In this document: piece after piece, positions 21,111 to 32,330 of the stretch
How the letters are laid out: each line of letters starts with the position of its first letter
Position numbering within the stretch: the first letter of the stretch is position 1
Assembly (NCBI GenBank): GCA_963822965.1
Contig: CAWGJT010000010.1
Span: 800,001 to 864,000, forward strand
Reading direction: 5' to 3'
Source: an uncultured delta proteobacterium
GTDB taxonomy: Bacteria; Myxococcota_A; UBA9160; UBA4427
Length of the DNA stretch: 64,000 nt
Translations under genes and position numbers: made by a program
The notes under the pieces: generated by a model
The model's input: only the letters and a program-made list of their open reading frames with translations
The model's database searches: none
What the model was told of the DNA's origin: nothing

Positions 21111-24100
21111 ATGGCCGGAACCCAGCCCATCCGAAAGCTCCTGGTGGCGAACCGCGGGGAGATCGCGATCCGCATCATGCGGGCGGCCGCGGAGCTCGAC
21201 GTCGGCACCGTGGCGGTGCATCCCGCGGACGACGCCGGCAGCCTCCACACGCGCCGGGCGGACGCGGTGCGCGAGCTGCCCGGCAGCGGGGTCCGCGCCT
21301 ATCTCGACGCCGAGGCGATTCTCGAGGCCGCGCGGGCAACCGGCTGCGACGCGATCCACCCGGGCTACGGATTCCTGAGCGAGAGCGCCGCCTTTGCCTC
21401 GGCCTGCGCGGAGGCGGGGCTCACCTTCGTCGGTCCGCGACCGCGGCACCTCGCCCTCTTCGGCGACAAGCTGGCTGCCCGCCGCCTGGCCGTGGAGCGC
21501 GGGGTCCCCGTGGTGCTGGGAAGCGGGGAGGCGGCGACGGTCGCGACGGCGAAGGACTTCTTCGCCTCGCTGGCGCCGGGCCAGGCCCTGGTCGTCAAGG
21601 CCGTGGCTGGTGGCGGCGGCCGCGGCATGCGGGTGGTGCGGGACGCGTCGGAGCTCGAATCGGCCTTCGAGCGCTGCCGCTCCGAGGCCGCCAAGTCCTT
21701 CGGGGACGACACCCTCTACGTCGAGCGCTTCGTCGCGGGAGCCCGTCACGTGGAGGTGCAGATCGCAGGCGACGCCCAGGGAAACGTGATGCACCTCTTC
21801 GAGCGGGAGTGCACCCTGCAGCGGCGCCACCAGAAGCTCGTCGAGGTGGCCCCGAGCCCGGGCCTCTCCCACGCCCTGCGCGACCGCCTCACCCGGGCCG
21901 CCGTGACCCTCGCCGGCGCCGAGTCCTACGAGAGCCTCGGAACCTTCGAGTTCCTGGTGGAAGGGGGCGACTTCTCCTTCATCGAAGCCAACCCGCGGCT
22001 CCAGGTGGAGCACACGGTCACCGAGGAGGTGACGGGCGTCGACCTCGTGCAGCTGCAGCTGCGGCTCGCGGGCGGGGAGAGCCTCGCGTCCTTGGGACTC
22101 GACCCGTCGTCGCCGCCGGAGCCGCGGGGATTCGCGATCCAGCTTCGCATCAACTGCGAGCGGATGGCTGCCGACGGCAGCGTGCGTCCCAGCGCGGGCC
22201 GCGTCACGATCTACGAGCCACCCTCTGGCCCGGGGGTGCGCGTCGACGGCGCCGGCTACGCCGGCTACGTGCCGAATCCCCACTTCGACACCCTGATCGC
22301 GAAGCTCGTGGTCCACTCGCCGACGGGCCGCTACGCGGACGTGCTTCGACGTGCCGACCGGGCGCTCGCCGAGCTGCGCATCGAAGGCGTCGAGACCAAC
22401 GTCTCGCTGCTGCGCAGCCTGGTGCGACACCCGAACGTGGTGGCGGACCGCATCGATACGAGCTTCGTGGAGACCCACGCCGAGAAGCTCGTGGCAACGG
22501 CGGCCTCTCACCCGCGGCTGCACTTCGACGCCGAGGCGGCCGGCGCGGCCGGCCCGCCGGTGGGTGCTCGCGTCGACAGCGACGACCCGCTGGCGGTGCT
22601 CGAGCACGGCAGGCAGGGAGCCCCGGGCCGCCGGATGGCTCTCCCGGCGGACGACGGCGCCGCCGCGGTCGTCCGCGCACCCCTCCAGGGTACCGTCGTG
22701 AGCATCGACGTCGCGGAGGGCGACCTCGTCGCCGCCGGCGCGTCGCTGCTCGTGCTCGAGGCGATGAAGATGGAGCACGTCGTGACGGCGCCCGTGTCGG
22801 GTCGGGTCGAGCGGGTGGCGGCCGCGGCGGGGGACACCGTGGCCGAGGGACACGCGCTGGTCGCGATCGAGGCGGCGGAGGTGGTGGGCGCCGCCGTGGC
22901 GGCGGACGAGGAGATCGATCTCGACGCCGAGCGCCCCGACCTCGCCGAGGTGCGGGCGCGCCACGCGAAGGGCGACGACGCGTCGCGGCCGGAAGCGGTG
23001 GCGCGCCGCCGCCGGACCGGGCAGCGCACGGCGCGCGAGAACGTCGCCGATCTTTGCGATCCCGGAACCTTCGTCGAGTACGGACCGCTCGTGATCGCCG
23101 CGCAGCGGAGGCGTCGATCGCTCGAGGACCTGATCGACCGCACGCCGGCCGACGGCCTGGTGGCGGGCGTCGGACGGGTGAATGGATCGCTCTTCGACGA
23201 GCGCGCTTCGCGCTGCGCGGTCCTGTCCTACGACTACACCGTGCTGGCCGGCACCCAGGGGCTGCAGAACCACCGCAAGAAGGACCGTCTCTTCGAGCTC
23301 GCCGAGCAGCAGCGCCTGCCGGTGGTCTTCTTCACCGAGGGCGGTGGCGGCCGGCCGGGCGACACGGACGGCGCGGGGGTGGCCGGGCTCGACTGCCTGG
23401 CGTTCCACTACTTCGGGCGCCTGAGTGGGCTCGTGCCGTTGGTGGGCGTCAACTCCGGCCGCTGCTTCGCGGGAAACGCAGCCCTGCTGGGCTGTTGCGA
23501 CGTCGTGATCGCGACCCGGGACTCGAACATCGGCATGGGCGGGCCCGCGATGATCGAGGGGGGTGGGCTCGGCGTCTTCCGTCCCGAGGAGGTGGGGCCC
23601 ATGGAGGTGCAGGTCCCCAACGGCGTGGTCGACCTGCCCGTGGCCGACGAGGCCGAGGCGGTGGCCGTGGCCCGGCGGTACCTGTCCTATTTCCAGGGGC
23701 GCACCGCTTTCCAGGGGCGCACCGCTTTCCAGGGGGCGCACCGCTTTCCAGGGGCGCACCGCTTTCCAGGGGCGCACCGCCTTCCGCAGCGCCTTCGAGG
23801 GCCGCACGCCCTCCGAAGGCCCCGGGGGCCCCGGGGCCCCCGACGGTGCCGGCGGCGGCTGTGCGGACCAGCGTCTGCTGCGCCAGGCGATTCCCGAGAA
23901 CCGCCTGCGCGTCTACGATGTTCGGCGGGTGATCGAGATCCTGGCGGACACGGATTCGGTGCTGGAGCTGCGACGGCACTTCGGTCCCGGCATGGTGACC
24001 GCCCTGGTGCGTATCGAGGGCCGTCCGGTCGGCGTCGTCGCCAACAATCCGGTGCACCTCGCGGGCGCCATCGACAGCCCCGGCGCCGACAAGGCCGCGC

Positions 24101-24627
24101 GCTTCATGCAGCTGTGCGACGCCTTCGACCTCCCGATCCTCTTCCTGTGCGACACGCCCGGCATCATGGTGGGGCCGGAGGTCGAGAAGACCGCCCTGGT
24201 GCGGCACGCATCCCGGCTCTTCGTGACGGGGGCGAGCCTGAGCGTCCCGTTCTTCACCATCGTGCTCCGCAAGGGTTACGGGCTCGGCGCCCAGGCCATG
24301 GCGGGCGGCAGCTTCCACGCGCCCGTCTTCACGGTGGCCTGGCCGACCGGCGAGTTCGGCGGCATGGGACTCGAGGGGGCGGTGAAGCTGGGCTTCCGCA
24401 ACGAGCTGGCGGCCGTCGACGACCCGGGCGAGCGACGCGCGCTCTTCCAGCAGATGGTCGATCGCATGTACGAGCACGGGAAGGCGGTCAACATGGCGTC
24501 GCACTTCGAGATCGACGACGTGATCGACCCGGCGGATTCCCGGCGCTGGATCCTCACCGCGCTCGAGTCGGCGCCGCCGCCCCCGCCGCGCAGCGGGAAG
24601 AAGCGCCCCTGCATCGATACCTGGTAG
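21111..24627 (+). CDS. Multidomain acyl-CoA carboxylase (biotin carboxylase - BCCP - carboxyltransferase), frameshifted inside an 18-bp tandem repeat
   Basis: KLLVANRGEIA, HPGYGFLSE, RECTLQRRHQK, EANPRLQVEH, EAMKME, AGTQG; C-terminal CT part (LCDTPGIMVGP, RKGYGLG) in the next frame. Confidence 0.92.
23691..23781 (+). repeat. 18-bp tandem repeat TTCCAGGGGCGCACCGCT x5 (FQGRTA); third copy has one extra G
   Basis: Read directly; GGGGG at 23732-23736 in copy 3. Confidence 0.93.
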
Positions 24628-24643
24628 CGGGGGGCCGCGGCGT

Positions 24644-25971
24644 TCAGCCGGCGTCTTCCCGGAACCGGAACTCCGCGACGTTGCTGAAGCGCACGAGGTT
24701 CGCGATGGGCGACTCGGGCATGGGCTCCTCGTCCGGGTCGATCGTGATGTCCCACGCCATGCAGGCCCGCTCGACGTCCACGCTCTCGGGGTCGATGGGA
24801 TGCATGCGCGCCAGCGGCTGCACGGCGGCCACGACCCGCGCGAGGCCCGGGTTCTCCTCGTCCTCGAGCAGCGCCGTCCAGGCCTCGGGCTCGCCCGGGG
24901 CGAGGGCGTCGCACTCCTCGATCCAGAAGCGTCCGTTCCGCTCGTCGAGCAGCTCGCAGCCGAAGCGCACGTAGTCGTGCGGGAGCGCCGGGTCCACCTG
25001 CAGGGTCTTCAGGATGGATGCCATGTCGTCGCCCTCGATGCCGAGGCAGCGGCGAATGCGCGGAATCGAGACCGGCGCGATGCCCGCCCATTCGTCGCGC
25101 GCGAACTCCGGCCCCACCTCGGGCCCGAAGCGGTCGTGCACCGAGGTGTAGGCGGCGCGCATGAGCAGGTGCGCGTCCAGCGTGATCTCCTTGAGCTGTC
25201 GCGCGAGCACGGGCTGGGCCAGGTCCTCGAGTACGAAGTCCGGCCGGAAGGGCCCCGCGTAGTCGTGCAGGCCCTCGCCGAGCTCGCCGTCGAGCGGGGC
25301 GTACGTGAAGCCTGCCGCGAGGCTCTCCCGGACGATCGCCGTGATGGGAAGCTCCTGGAAGCGCTCCTCCCGCTTCCCGATCTCCACGCGCCAGCGACAG
25401 TCGGGTCCCGTGTGTCCGATCTGCAGCGGCGGTCGGTGCTCGGCGACGATCCGCGCGCGGCGGTTCACGGAGGTGACCGTCGCGGGGAACGTGGGGTCCT
25501 CCATGTGGTGGCAGAGCTGGATGACGGCCTGCTCGTTGTCGGGCGAGATCCGGAGGATGTCCGCCAGGGCGCCGCAGCGCGCCAGCCAGAAGTACCCGAC
25601 GACTCTCGTCGACGAGCTCGTAGCGCACGTCCATGTACTGGTGGGGGAAGCCGATGTCGAGCTGGAAGGCCTTCAGGATGGCCGAGACGCCGTCGCCTTC
25701 GATCCCGAGCAGGGCGCGATTCCGCGGATTGTAGACGGGGCTCGATCCGATCCACTCGTCGCAAGCGACCTGCGGTCATTGCCTCCGGAGTGAAGCGACG
25801 GCCGATGAGCGGCATCAGCCCGCGGTCGTGGAAGTGCGCGAAGAGCATGTACTCGCGGCCCAGGCGGCCCAGGGCGTCGCGGCTCAGGCGTCCGAGGTGG
25901 AAGTCGGGCTCGAAGGCACCGGCGTAGTCGTGAAGCTCGCCTTCGCGTCGGGGGTCGTGGGGGATGGACAT
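24644..25971 (-). CDS. Hypothetical protein with internal two-domain duplication (frameshifts ~25600-25780)
   Basis: LHDYAGAFEPDF...GIEGDGVSAILKAFQLD and LHDYAGPFRPDF...GIEGDDMASILKTLQVD. Confidence 0.72.
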
Positions 25972-26142
25972 GAGTGGCTCCGGCGCCTCTTCCTCCGCCG
26001 ACACGGCGAGGATCTGCTGCGCAGAGGGTGCCGCTTCCGGCCGGGATGCGCCTCCGGTTCGGATAGAATCGCGCGACGCGGCGCGGCTCGCGCGCGGGAC
26101 GGGTGCCTGCGTGCGTGAACGGCGATCAGGGAGGCGAGACGC

Positions 26143-28635
26143 ATGGCGGGGGAGTCGGGAGCGCGGTCGGACGGGCCGCTGGCGGGCATCCGGGTCCTGG
26201 ATCTGACGACGCGCCTCGCCGAGGCGGCGGGTCGTGTCTTCGCCGATCTCGGCGCGGAGGTGATCAAGGTCGAGCCGCCCGGCGGTTGCGACGCGCGCTT
26301 CACGCCGCCGTTCCTCGAGGAGAGGCCGGGGGGGAGGGCGCCGGAGCGCGATCCCGAATCCTCGCTCTTCTGGCGCGCCTGGGGGCTCGGCAAGCGCTCG
26401 GTGGTCCTCGACCTGCAGGCGACGACGGATCGCGAGCGGTTCCTGGCGCTCGCGGGCAGCGCCGATGTGCTGCTCGAGTCGTCCGCGCCGGGCCAATTCG
26501 ACGCGCTGGGGCTCGGTGCCGACAGGCTCTGCGAAGCGAACCCGGCCCTGATCCACGTCTCGATCACGCCCTGGGGCGAGGAGGTGCCCGAGGCGAGCAC
26601 GCCGGCGACGGATCTCACCCTGGCGACCGCGGGGGGACTGCTGGCCATGATGGGCGACAAGGATCGGCCACCGGTGCCGGTGGGCTTCGGCGAGACGTCC
26701 ATGCACGGCGCCCTGCAGGGGGCGGCGGATGCGATCCTGGCTCTGTACGAGCGCAATCGCAGCGGCCGGGGTCAGCACCTCGACGTCTCGATGCAAGCGG
26801 CCGTGGTGTGGACCCTGCTGTACGTGACGGGCTACGCGGCCTTCGACCAGGACCCGCCGCTCTTCGGGGACGACCGTGGGGAGGCGGGCAAGCGCCCGCT
26901 GGAGATCCGGCCCGGCCTGCGCAACCCGGTGATCGAGTCGTGCAAGGACGGCCACGTGGTCATCACCCTCGTGCTGGGTGCCCAGGGCAACCACGGCTTC
27001 GGCGAGGCCATGAAGTGGGTCGAAGAAGCGGGTGCCCTCGACGCCGATCTCCGGGGGCGGGACTGGAGCACGTGGCTGTCGGACCTGTCCGCCGGCTCGC
27101 TCGCGGTGGCCGACGCGGCCCGGGCCGTCGACGCCCTGCTCGCCTTCCTGCGGACCCGGACCAAGGCCGAGATCCAGGAGCAGGCCGTGGCGCGGAAGAT
27201 GCTCATCGCACCGGCCTACACCGCTGCCGACCTCGCCCGCGACCCCCAGCTCGCCGCGCGAGGCTACTGGCGGGACGTGGCGGGCACCCTGCACCCGGGA
27301 CCCTTCGCGCTGCTGTCGCGCACCCCCATCGAGTACCGCCGTCCGGCACCGGCGCTCGGCGCCGACCAGCAGCTCGTGGACGCCCCCACGCACCGCCCGC
27401 GCATCCACGTGTGCGAGCCCGCCCGGGAGGGGCGGGGGATCTTCGCGGGCCTCAAGGTGGCGGATCTGGCGTGGATCGCGGCGGGACCGCTCGTCACGAA
27501 GGACCTCGCGAACCTCGGCGCCACGGTGGTGAGCCTCGAGTCGCAGAACCGCCTCGACACCCTGCGCTTCATCCCGCCGTTCAAGGACGGCGTTCCCCAC
27601 ATCGACGGGGGGCATCCGTTCGCCAACATGAACCAGTCGAAGTACGGCATCGCTTGCGACTACTCGGTGCCGGCGAGCCGTAGGGTGCTCGATCGCATCC
27701 TCGACTGGGCGGACGTGGTGGTGGAGAACTTCACGCCGGGCACCGCCGCTCGCCTGGGCTTCGGCTGGCAGCAGGTCCACGCGCGGCGGCCGGACGCAAT
27801 CATGCTCTCGACCTGTATGCGCGGGCAGACCGGCCCCGAGGCGCGGCACACGGGCTTCGGCATCCAGGGGGCCGCGCTCGCCGGCTTCGTCGCCGTGACC
27901 GGGTGGCCGGACCGTGCCCCGCAGACGCCGTGGGGTGCCTACACGGACTTCATCGCACCCCGCTACGCGATGGCCGCCCTGGGCGCTGCGCTGCTGCATC
28001 GCGACGCGACCGGGGAGGGGCAGTACATCGACGTAGCCCAGGTGGAGGCCAGCATCCACCTGCTGGAGCCGATGCTGCTGGATCACCAATGCAACGGTCG
28101 CGCCTTCGAGCGCCCGGGAATGCGCTCCGACCGCGCCTGTCCGCACGGCGCCTGGGCGACCCGCGGCACGGAGCGGTATCTGGCGGTCGCGGTGGAGACC
28201 CCGGCGCAGTGGCGGGGTCTCCAGGGCGTGGTGCCGTCGCTCGCCGCCCTGGACGGTCTGGACGAGCTGCCTGCGCGCCAGGCAAGGGCGGACGAGATCG
28301 AGTCGCGGCTCGCCATCTGGTGCGCGTCCCAGGACCGCTTCGAGGCGGCCGCGCGCCTGCGGGAGGCCGGCGTTCCCGCCTACCCGGTGCTGCGCGCGAC
28401 CGACCTGCGCGGCGATCCGCGTCTCGCCGCGCGCGACTTCTTCATCGAGCTCGACCATCCGCGCATCGGCCGGGCGTGCTTCGACGGCGCGGTCACCCGC
28501 TTCTCCCGTACGCCGATGCGTCCCACCCGTGCCGGCCCCGCGCTGGGGCAGCACACCTGGGAGGCCCTCCGCGACGTTCTCGGCTTCAGCGAGGCGGAGA
28601 TCAGCGACCTGGCCGCGGCCGGCGTGCTCAGCTGA
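26143..28635 (+). CDS. CaiB/BaiF class III CoA-transferase, two fused domains
   Basis: PLAGIRVLDL...ADLGAEVIKVEPP and FAGLKVADLAWIAAGP...ADVVVENFTPG. Confidence 0.92.
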   Translation: MAGESGARSDGPLAGIRVLDLTTRLAEAAGRVFADLGAEVIKVEPPGGCDARFTPPFLEERPGGRAPERDPESSLFWRAWGLGKRSVVLDLQATTDRERFLALAGSADVLLESSAPGQFDALGLGADRLCEANPALIHVSITPWGEEVPEASTPATDLTLATAGGLLAMMGDKDRPPVPVGFGETSMHGALQGAADAILALYERNRSGRGQHLDVSMQAAVVWTLLYVTGYAAFDQDPPLFGDDRGEAGKRPLEIRPGLRNPVIESCKDGHVVITLVLGAQGNHGFGEAMKWVEEAGALDADLRGRDWSTWLSDLSAGSLAVADAARAVDALLAFLRTRTKAEIQEQAVARKMLIAPAYTAADLARDPQLAARGYWRDVAGTLHPGPFALLSRTPIEYRRPAPALGADQQLVDAPTHRPRIHVCEPAREGRGIFAGLKVADLAWIAAGPLVTKDLANLGATVVSLESQNRLDTLRFIPPFKDGVPHIDGGHPFANMNQSKYGIACDYSVPASRRVLDRILDWADVVVENFTPGTAARLGFGWQQVHARRPDAIMLSTCMRGQTGPEARHTGFGIQGAALAGFVAVTGWPDRAPQTPWGAYTDFIAPRYAMAALGAALLHRDATGEGQYIDVAQVEASIHLLEPMLLDHQCNGRAFERPGMRSDRACPHGAWATRGTERYLAVAVETPAQWRGLQGVVPSLAALDGLDELPARQARADEIESRLAIWCASQDRFEAAARLREAGVPAYPVLRATDLRGDPRLAARDFFIELDHPRIGRACFDGAVTRFSRTPMRPTRAGPALGQHTWEALRDVLGFSEAEISDLAAAGVLS

Positions 28636-28837
28636 CTCGCTGACGCGCCGCGCCCGAAGGGGCTTCATCGCCGGGCCCGACCAGACGATGTCCCGGTCGG
28701 AAGCCGGGAGCGCTCGGGGTCGGGAAGGCTCGTGGTCCCGAACGGCTAGGGCGGCCGCGGGCCTCGCGCGAGCGGTGGCTGGTTGCATGGGACGTCCCGC
28801 CCCGGTATCACATGCACCCGAGAGGATCCCGAACGGC

Positions 28838-29269
28838 GTGACGATCGGCACCGGAAACGCGATCTCCAGCCCGCGGAAGCGGGCGCGCGCTGCCTCGCGG
28901 AGTGCCGGGAGCGCGCGCATCTCCGTGCTCGTCCTGCTCGTCGCGCTCGCGGCCCAGATGGCCTTGCCGGCGTTGCACGCCTGGCGCTCCGGTGAGACGG
29001 CCTCGACTTCCCCGGCGGCCCTCGCTTCTAGAACCGCTGCGGAGACGGCGGGGCCGGCGTTCTCCCACGCCGTTCCGATCGCCGGCACGCACGATCCCGC
29101 CACCTGCGCGGTCTGCCAGCTTCTCCACAACGCGAGCCGGGCGGCGCCGACGCCCGCGTCGTTCGCATGGGCGCTCGTCGCCGGCGAGGCGATTCTCACC
29201 GCGCCGACGCCTCACACGCTCGATCGCGCCGGCCAGGGCAATCACCCGCCCCGCGCCCCCCCCGTCTAG
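28838..29269 (+). CDS. DUF2946/CruR-like leader protein (TM - CxxC - C-terminal RAPP)
   Basis: Hydrophobic segment ISVLVLLVALAAQMALPALH, HDPATCAVCQ, ends HPPRAPPV*; start GTG 28838 (GAGAGGA upstream) or ATG 28787. Confidence 0.78.
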   Translation: MTIGTGNAISSPRKRARAASRSAGSARISVLVLLVALAAQMALPALHAWRSGETASTSPAALASRTAAETAGPAFSHAVPIAGTHDPATCAVCQLLHNASRAAPTPASFAWALVAGEAILTAPTPHTLDRAGQGNHPPRAPPV

Positions 29270-29401
29270 GCACCCTCCGTTCATCCGCTCTCCGTATGAA
29301 CCCAGCGGGCGATCCGGCTCTGGGAAGCGACGCGTTCCCGTGCGGCTCCATGTTCCGGACGCCCTTCGGGCGGCCCTTCCAGGCTGCCCGAGGAGGATGC
29401 C

Positions 29402-30714
29402 ATGCGTTTCCCCATCGAACGGGGACGAGCGAGCGCGGTCCCTGCGTTCGTCCTCGTCCTCGTTCTGGCCCTGACGGCCCGCGCCGACCCCGCGGACCCG
29501 GACGTCGATCGGCTGAAGGATCAGCTCGATGCGACGAAGCAGGAGCTCTCGAAGACCCAGGCCGAGCTCGAGGCCACCCAGGGGCAGGTCGAAGACCTGG
29601 GCCGTCGCGTCGACACGCTCCAGGCGGATGCCGCGGAGAACGCGACGCCCCCGCCGCCATCGAGGCTCACTGCGCGCATTCCTCCGGTGAATGCCGACAA
29701 CCCGGCCATCAGCTTCGTGGTGGACACCGCGCTCGCGACGGACACCCACTCGTCGTGGCAGTCGATCGGCTATCCCAACGGCTGGGACTTCCAGCTGAAG
29801 AACGGCGAGCTCTTCATCTCGGCGCCCATCGATCCCTTCCTGCGCGGCTACGCGTCCATCAACGGCACCAGCGACGAGGGCTTCGACATCGAGGAGGCGG
29901 CCCTCGTCACCACGAGCCTGCCCTGGGGCTTCACGGTGAAGGGCGGGCGCTTCTTCGCCGACGTCGGTCGCCTGCCGCACTGGCACGACGAGGCGCTGCC
30001 CTTCGTCGATCGGCCGCCGTCCATCAACCGACTGATCGGCGGCGAATCCGGGGCCGAAGGGGCCGAGGTCTCCTGGCTCGCGCCCCTGGACCTCTACGTC
30101 GAGCTCACCGGCGGCGTCTACGACGCCGTGGGTTCGGACAATCTCGAGGACCTGAACGACAACGGCTTCTTCGGCCGCCGTTCCTTCGACGAGCTCGACT
30201 TCCTGGGCCGGGTGCACACCTACCTCGATCTGACGGACACGATGAACGTCGAGCTCGGCGGAACCTGGCTCGGCGTGCCGAGCGACAGCGAGCGAAATCT
30301 CTGGGGCGTGGACGTCACGGTGCGTCACCAGCCCGGCACGAGCCGGCTCTACCAGGGCTTCGACTGGGGGAGCGAGTGGATGTGGAACCGTCAGCGTTCA
30401 CGTTCCGGAACGACGACGGCGTCATCATCGACCGGACCCGCGCTGAGCCGCGCAGGGCGGCTACACGTACGTCGAGGCCTACTTCGCCCGCCAGCTACTC
30501 CGTCGGAACGCGCTTCGACTACTCCGAGGCGGTCGATGGCCCGGTCGATCGCGCCAAGACCTGGTCCGCCTTCGTGACCTGGAAGCCCTCGGAGTTCCAG
30601 CGTCTGCGCTTCCAGTTCGACAACAGCTGGGGCGACGAGCCGACCAACCAGCGCTTCACGATCCAGTGGACCGCCTTCATCGGGAGTCACAGCCATGGCT
30701 TCGCCCAGCGCTGA
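29402..30714 (+). CDS. Outer-membrane porin/receptor-like protein associated with metal uptake (frameshifts ~30395-30490)
   Basis: Signal peptide, coiled coil, NPAISFVVD, APIDPFLRG, IEEAALVTTSLP, WKPSEFQRLRFQF, C-terminal IGSHSHGF; GGAGG RBS. Confidence 0.75.
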
Positions 30715-31665
30715 ATCGCGTCGCCGCCACCTCGTTCTCGCCGTGCTCGCCGTGGTGGCGGTGGGGCTCGTCGCCGGCCCCGCTTCGGCGACCCTGCGCG
30801 TGGTCGCCTCCACACCCGACGTCGGCGGACATCGGCCAGACAGATCGGCGGCGACCGCGTCTCGGTCGTGACCATCGCCGACGGCAGCCAGGACCCCCAC
30901 AAGGTTCCCGTGCAAGCCCAGCTTCGTCACCAAGCTCCATCGCGCCGACGCGCTGGTCGTCCAGGGCCTGGGGCTCGAGCACGCGTTCATTCCGGCGCTC
31001 ATCGAGGCGGCGCGCAACTCCGACATCCTGCCCGGCGCGCCCGGCTACATCGACGCTTCGCTCTACGTGAAGCCGCTCCAGGTGCCGAGCAGCCAGAACC
31101 GGAGCCAGGGCGAGCTGCACCCGCTCGGCAACCCGCACTTCAACCTCGACCCGGTGCAGGGCAAGCTCATGGCCCGCGCCATCGCCGAGGGGCTCGAGCG
31201 GGTCGATCCGGAGGGTGCGGCGAGCTATCGCGAGGGACTCGCCCGCTTCACGGCGCTGCTCGACCGCAAGATCGCCGAGTGGCAGAAGCTCGCGGAGCCG
31301 TTGCGCGGCGTGAAGGTCGTCTCCTACCACGAGGACCTGGTCTACCTGGCCCGGCGCTACGGACTCGAGCTGGCTGGGGACCATCGAGGTGAAGCCGGGC
31401 ATCCCGGCCACGCCGAGCCACCTGCAGGAGCTGCTCGGGCTGATGCAGCGCGAGAACGTGAAGCTCATCATCCGCGAGGTGTCGTACGATCCTGGCCTGG
31501 CCGACAGCCTCGCAGAGCGCACCGGGCGCGCGGGTGGTGCCCCTGGCCGTGATGGCCGGCGGGCTCGGCGTCGAGGGCTACGTGGACTCGATCCAGGCCA
31601 ACCTCGAGGCGCTCGTGCACGCGGTGCAGGCCGTGCACGATGCGTCGCCGGAAGCGTCGTCATGA
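30695..31665 (+). CDS. Metal ABC transporter substrate-binding protein, ZnuA/TroA family (several frameshifts)
   Basis: Signal peptide, LRVVASTPD, QDPH, GELHPLGNPHFNLDP, VSYHEDLVY, KPGIPATPSHL. Confidence 0.85.
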
Positions 31666-32330
31666 GTGACGGAGCGAGCGGCGGGACGCTGCTTCGCCTG
31701 GTCGGCGCGGACTTCGGCTACCACGGCCGGGCGATCGTGCACGGGGTGTCCCTGGAAGCGATTCCCGGGGAGTTCGTCGCGCTCGTCGGCGCGAACGGCA
31801 GCGGCAAGACGACCCTGGTGCGCGGGCTGCTGGGTCTGGTGCCGCCTCTCGGCGGCCGCGTCGAACGGAGTCCAAGCCTGCGTCTCGGGTACGTGCCGCA
31901 GCGCGAGACCCTCGACGCCCTGTATCCGCTCTCGGGCTTCGACGTCGCCCTGCTGGGGGCGTGCCGGGACCTGCCGTTCTGGAAGCCGCCCGGTGCGGCG
32001 GAGCGGGCACGCACGCGGGAGGCCCTCGAGGCCACCCGCGCCGGGAGCTTCGCCGGTCGTCGCTACGGCGAGCTGTCCGGCGGCCAGCGCCAGCGCATCC
32101 TGATCGCCCGGGCGCTGGCCACGCAGCCGTCGCTGCTGCTGCTCGACGAGCCGACGGCGGGTGTCGACCCGGAGACCGAGGAGTCGATCGTGGCCGTGCT
32201 GCACGCCTTGCGGCACCAGCACCGCATCGCGATCTGGATGGTCACGCACCAGCTCCAGGCCGTGATCGGGCGGGTCGACCGCATGCTCGAGCTGAAGGAA
32301 GGGCGACTGGGCCCGGGGAGTGCTCCGTAA
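31662..32330 (+). CDS. Metal ABC transporter ATP-binding protein (ZnuC-like)
   Basis: GANGSGKT, LGYVPQR, LSGGQRQR, LLLLDEPT. Confidence 0.92.
   Translation: MSDGASGGTLLRLVGADFGYHGRAIVHGVSLEAIPGEFVALVGANGSGKTTLVRGLLGLVPPLGGRVERSPSLRLGYVPQRETLDALYPLSGFDVALLGACRDLPFWKPPGAAERARTREALEATRAGSFAGRRYGELSGGQRQRILIARALATQPSLLLLDEPTAGVDPETEESIVAVLHALRHQHRIAIWMVTHQLQAVIGRVDRMLELKEGRLGPGSAP

Noticed and set aside
23691..23781. Short tandem repeats (also 58941-58997 and 38045-38093) as CRISPR arrays
   Set aside because: Units are contiguous with no unique spacers, too short, and no cas genes are present.
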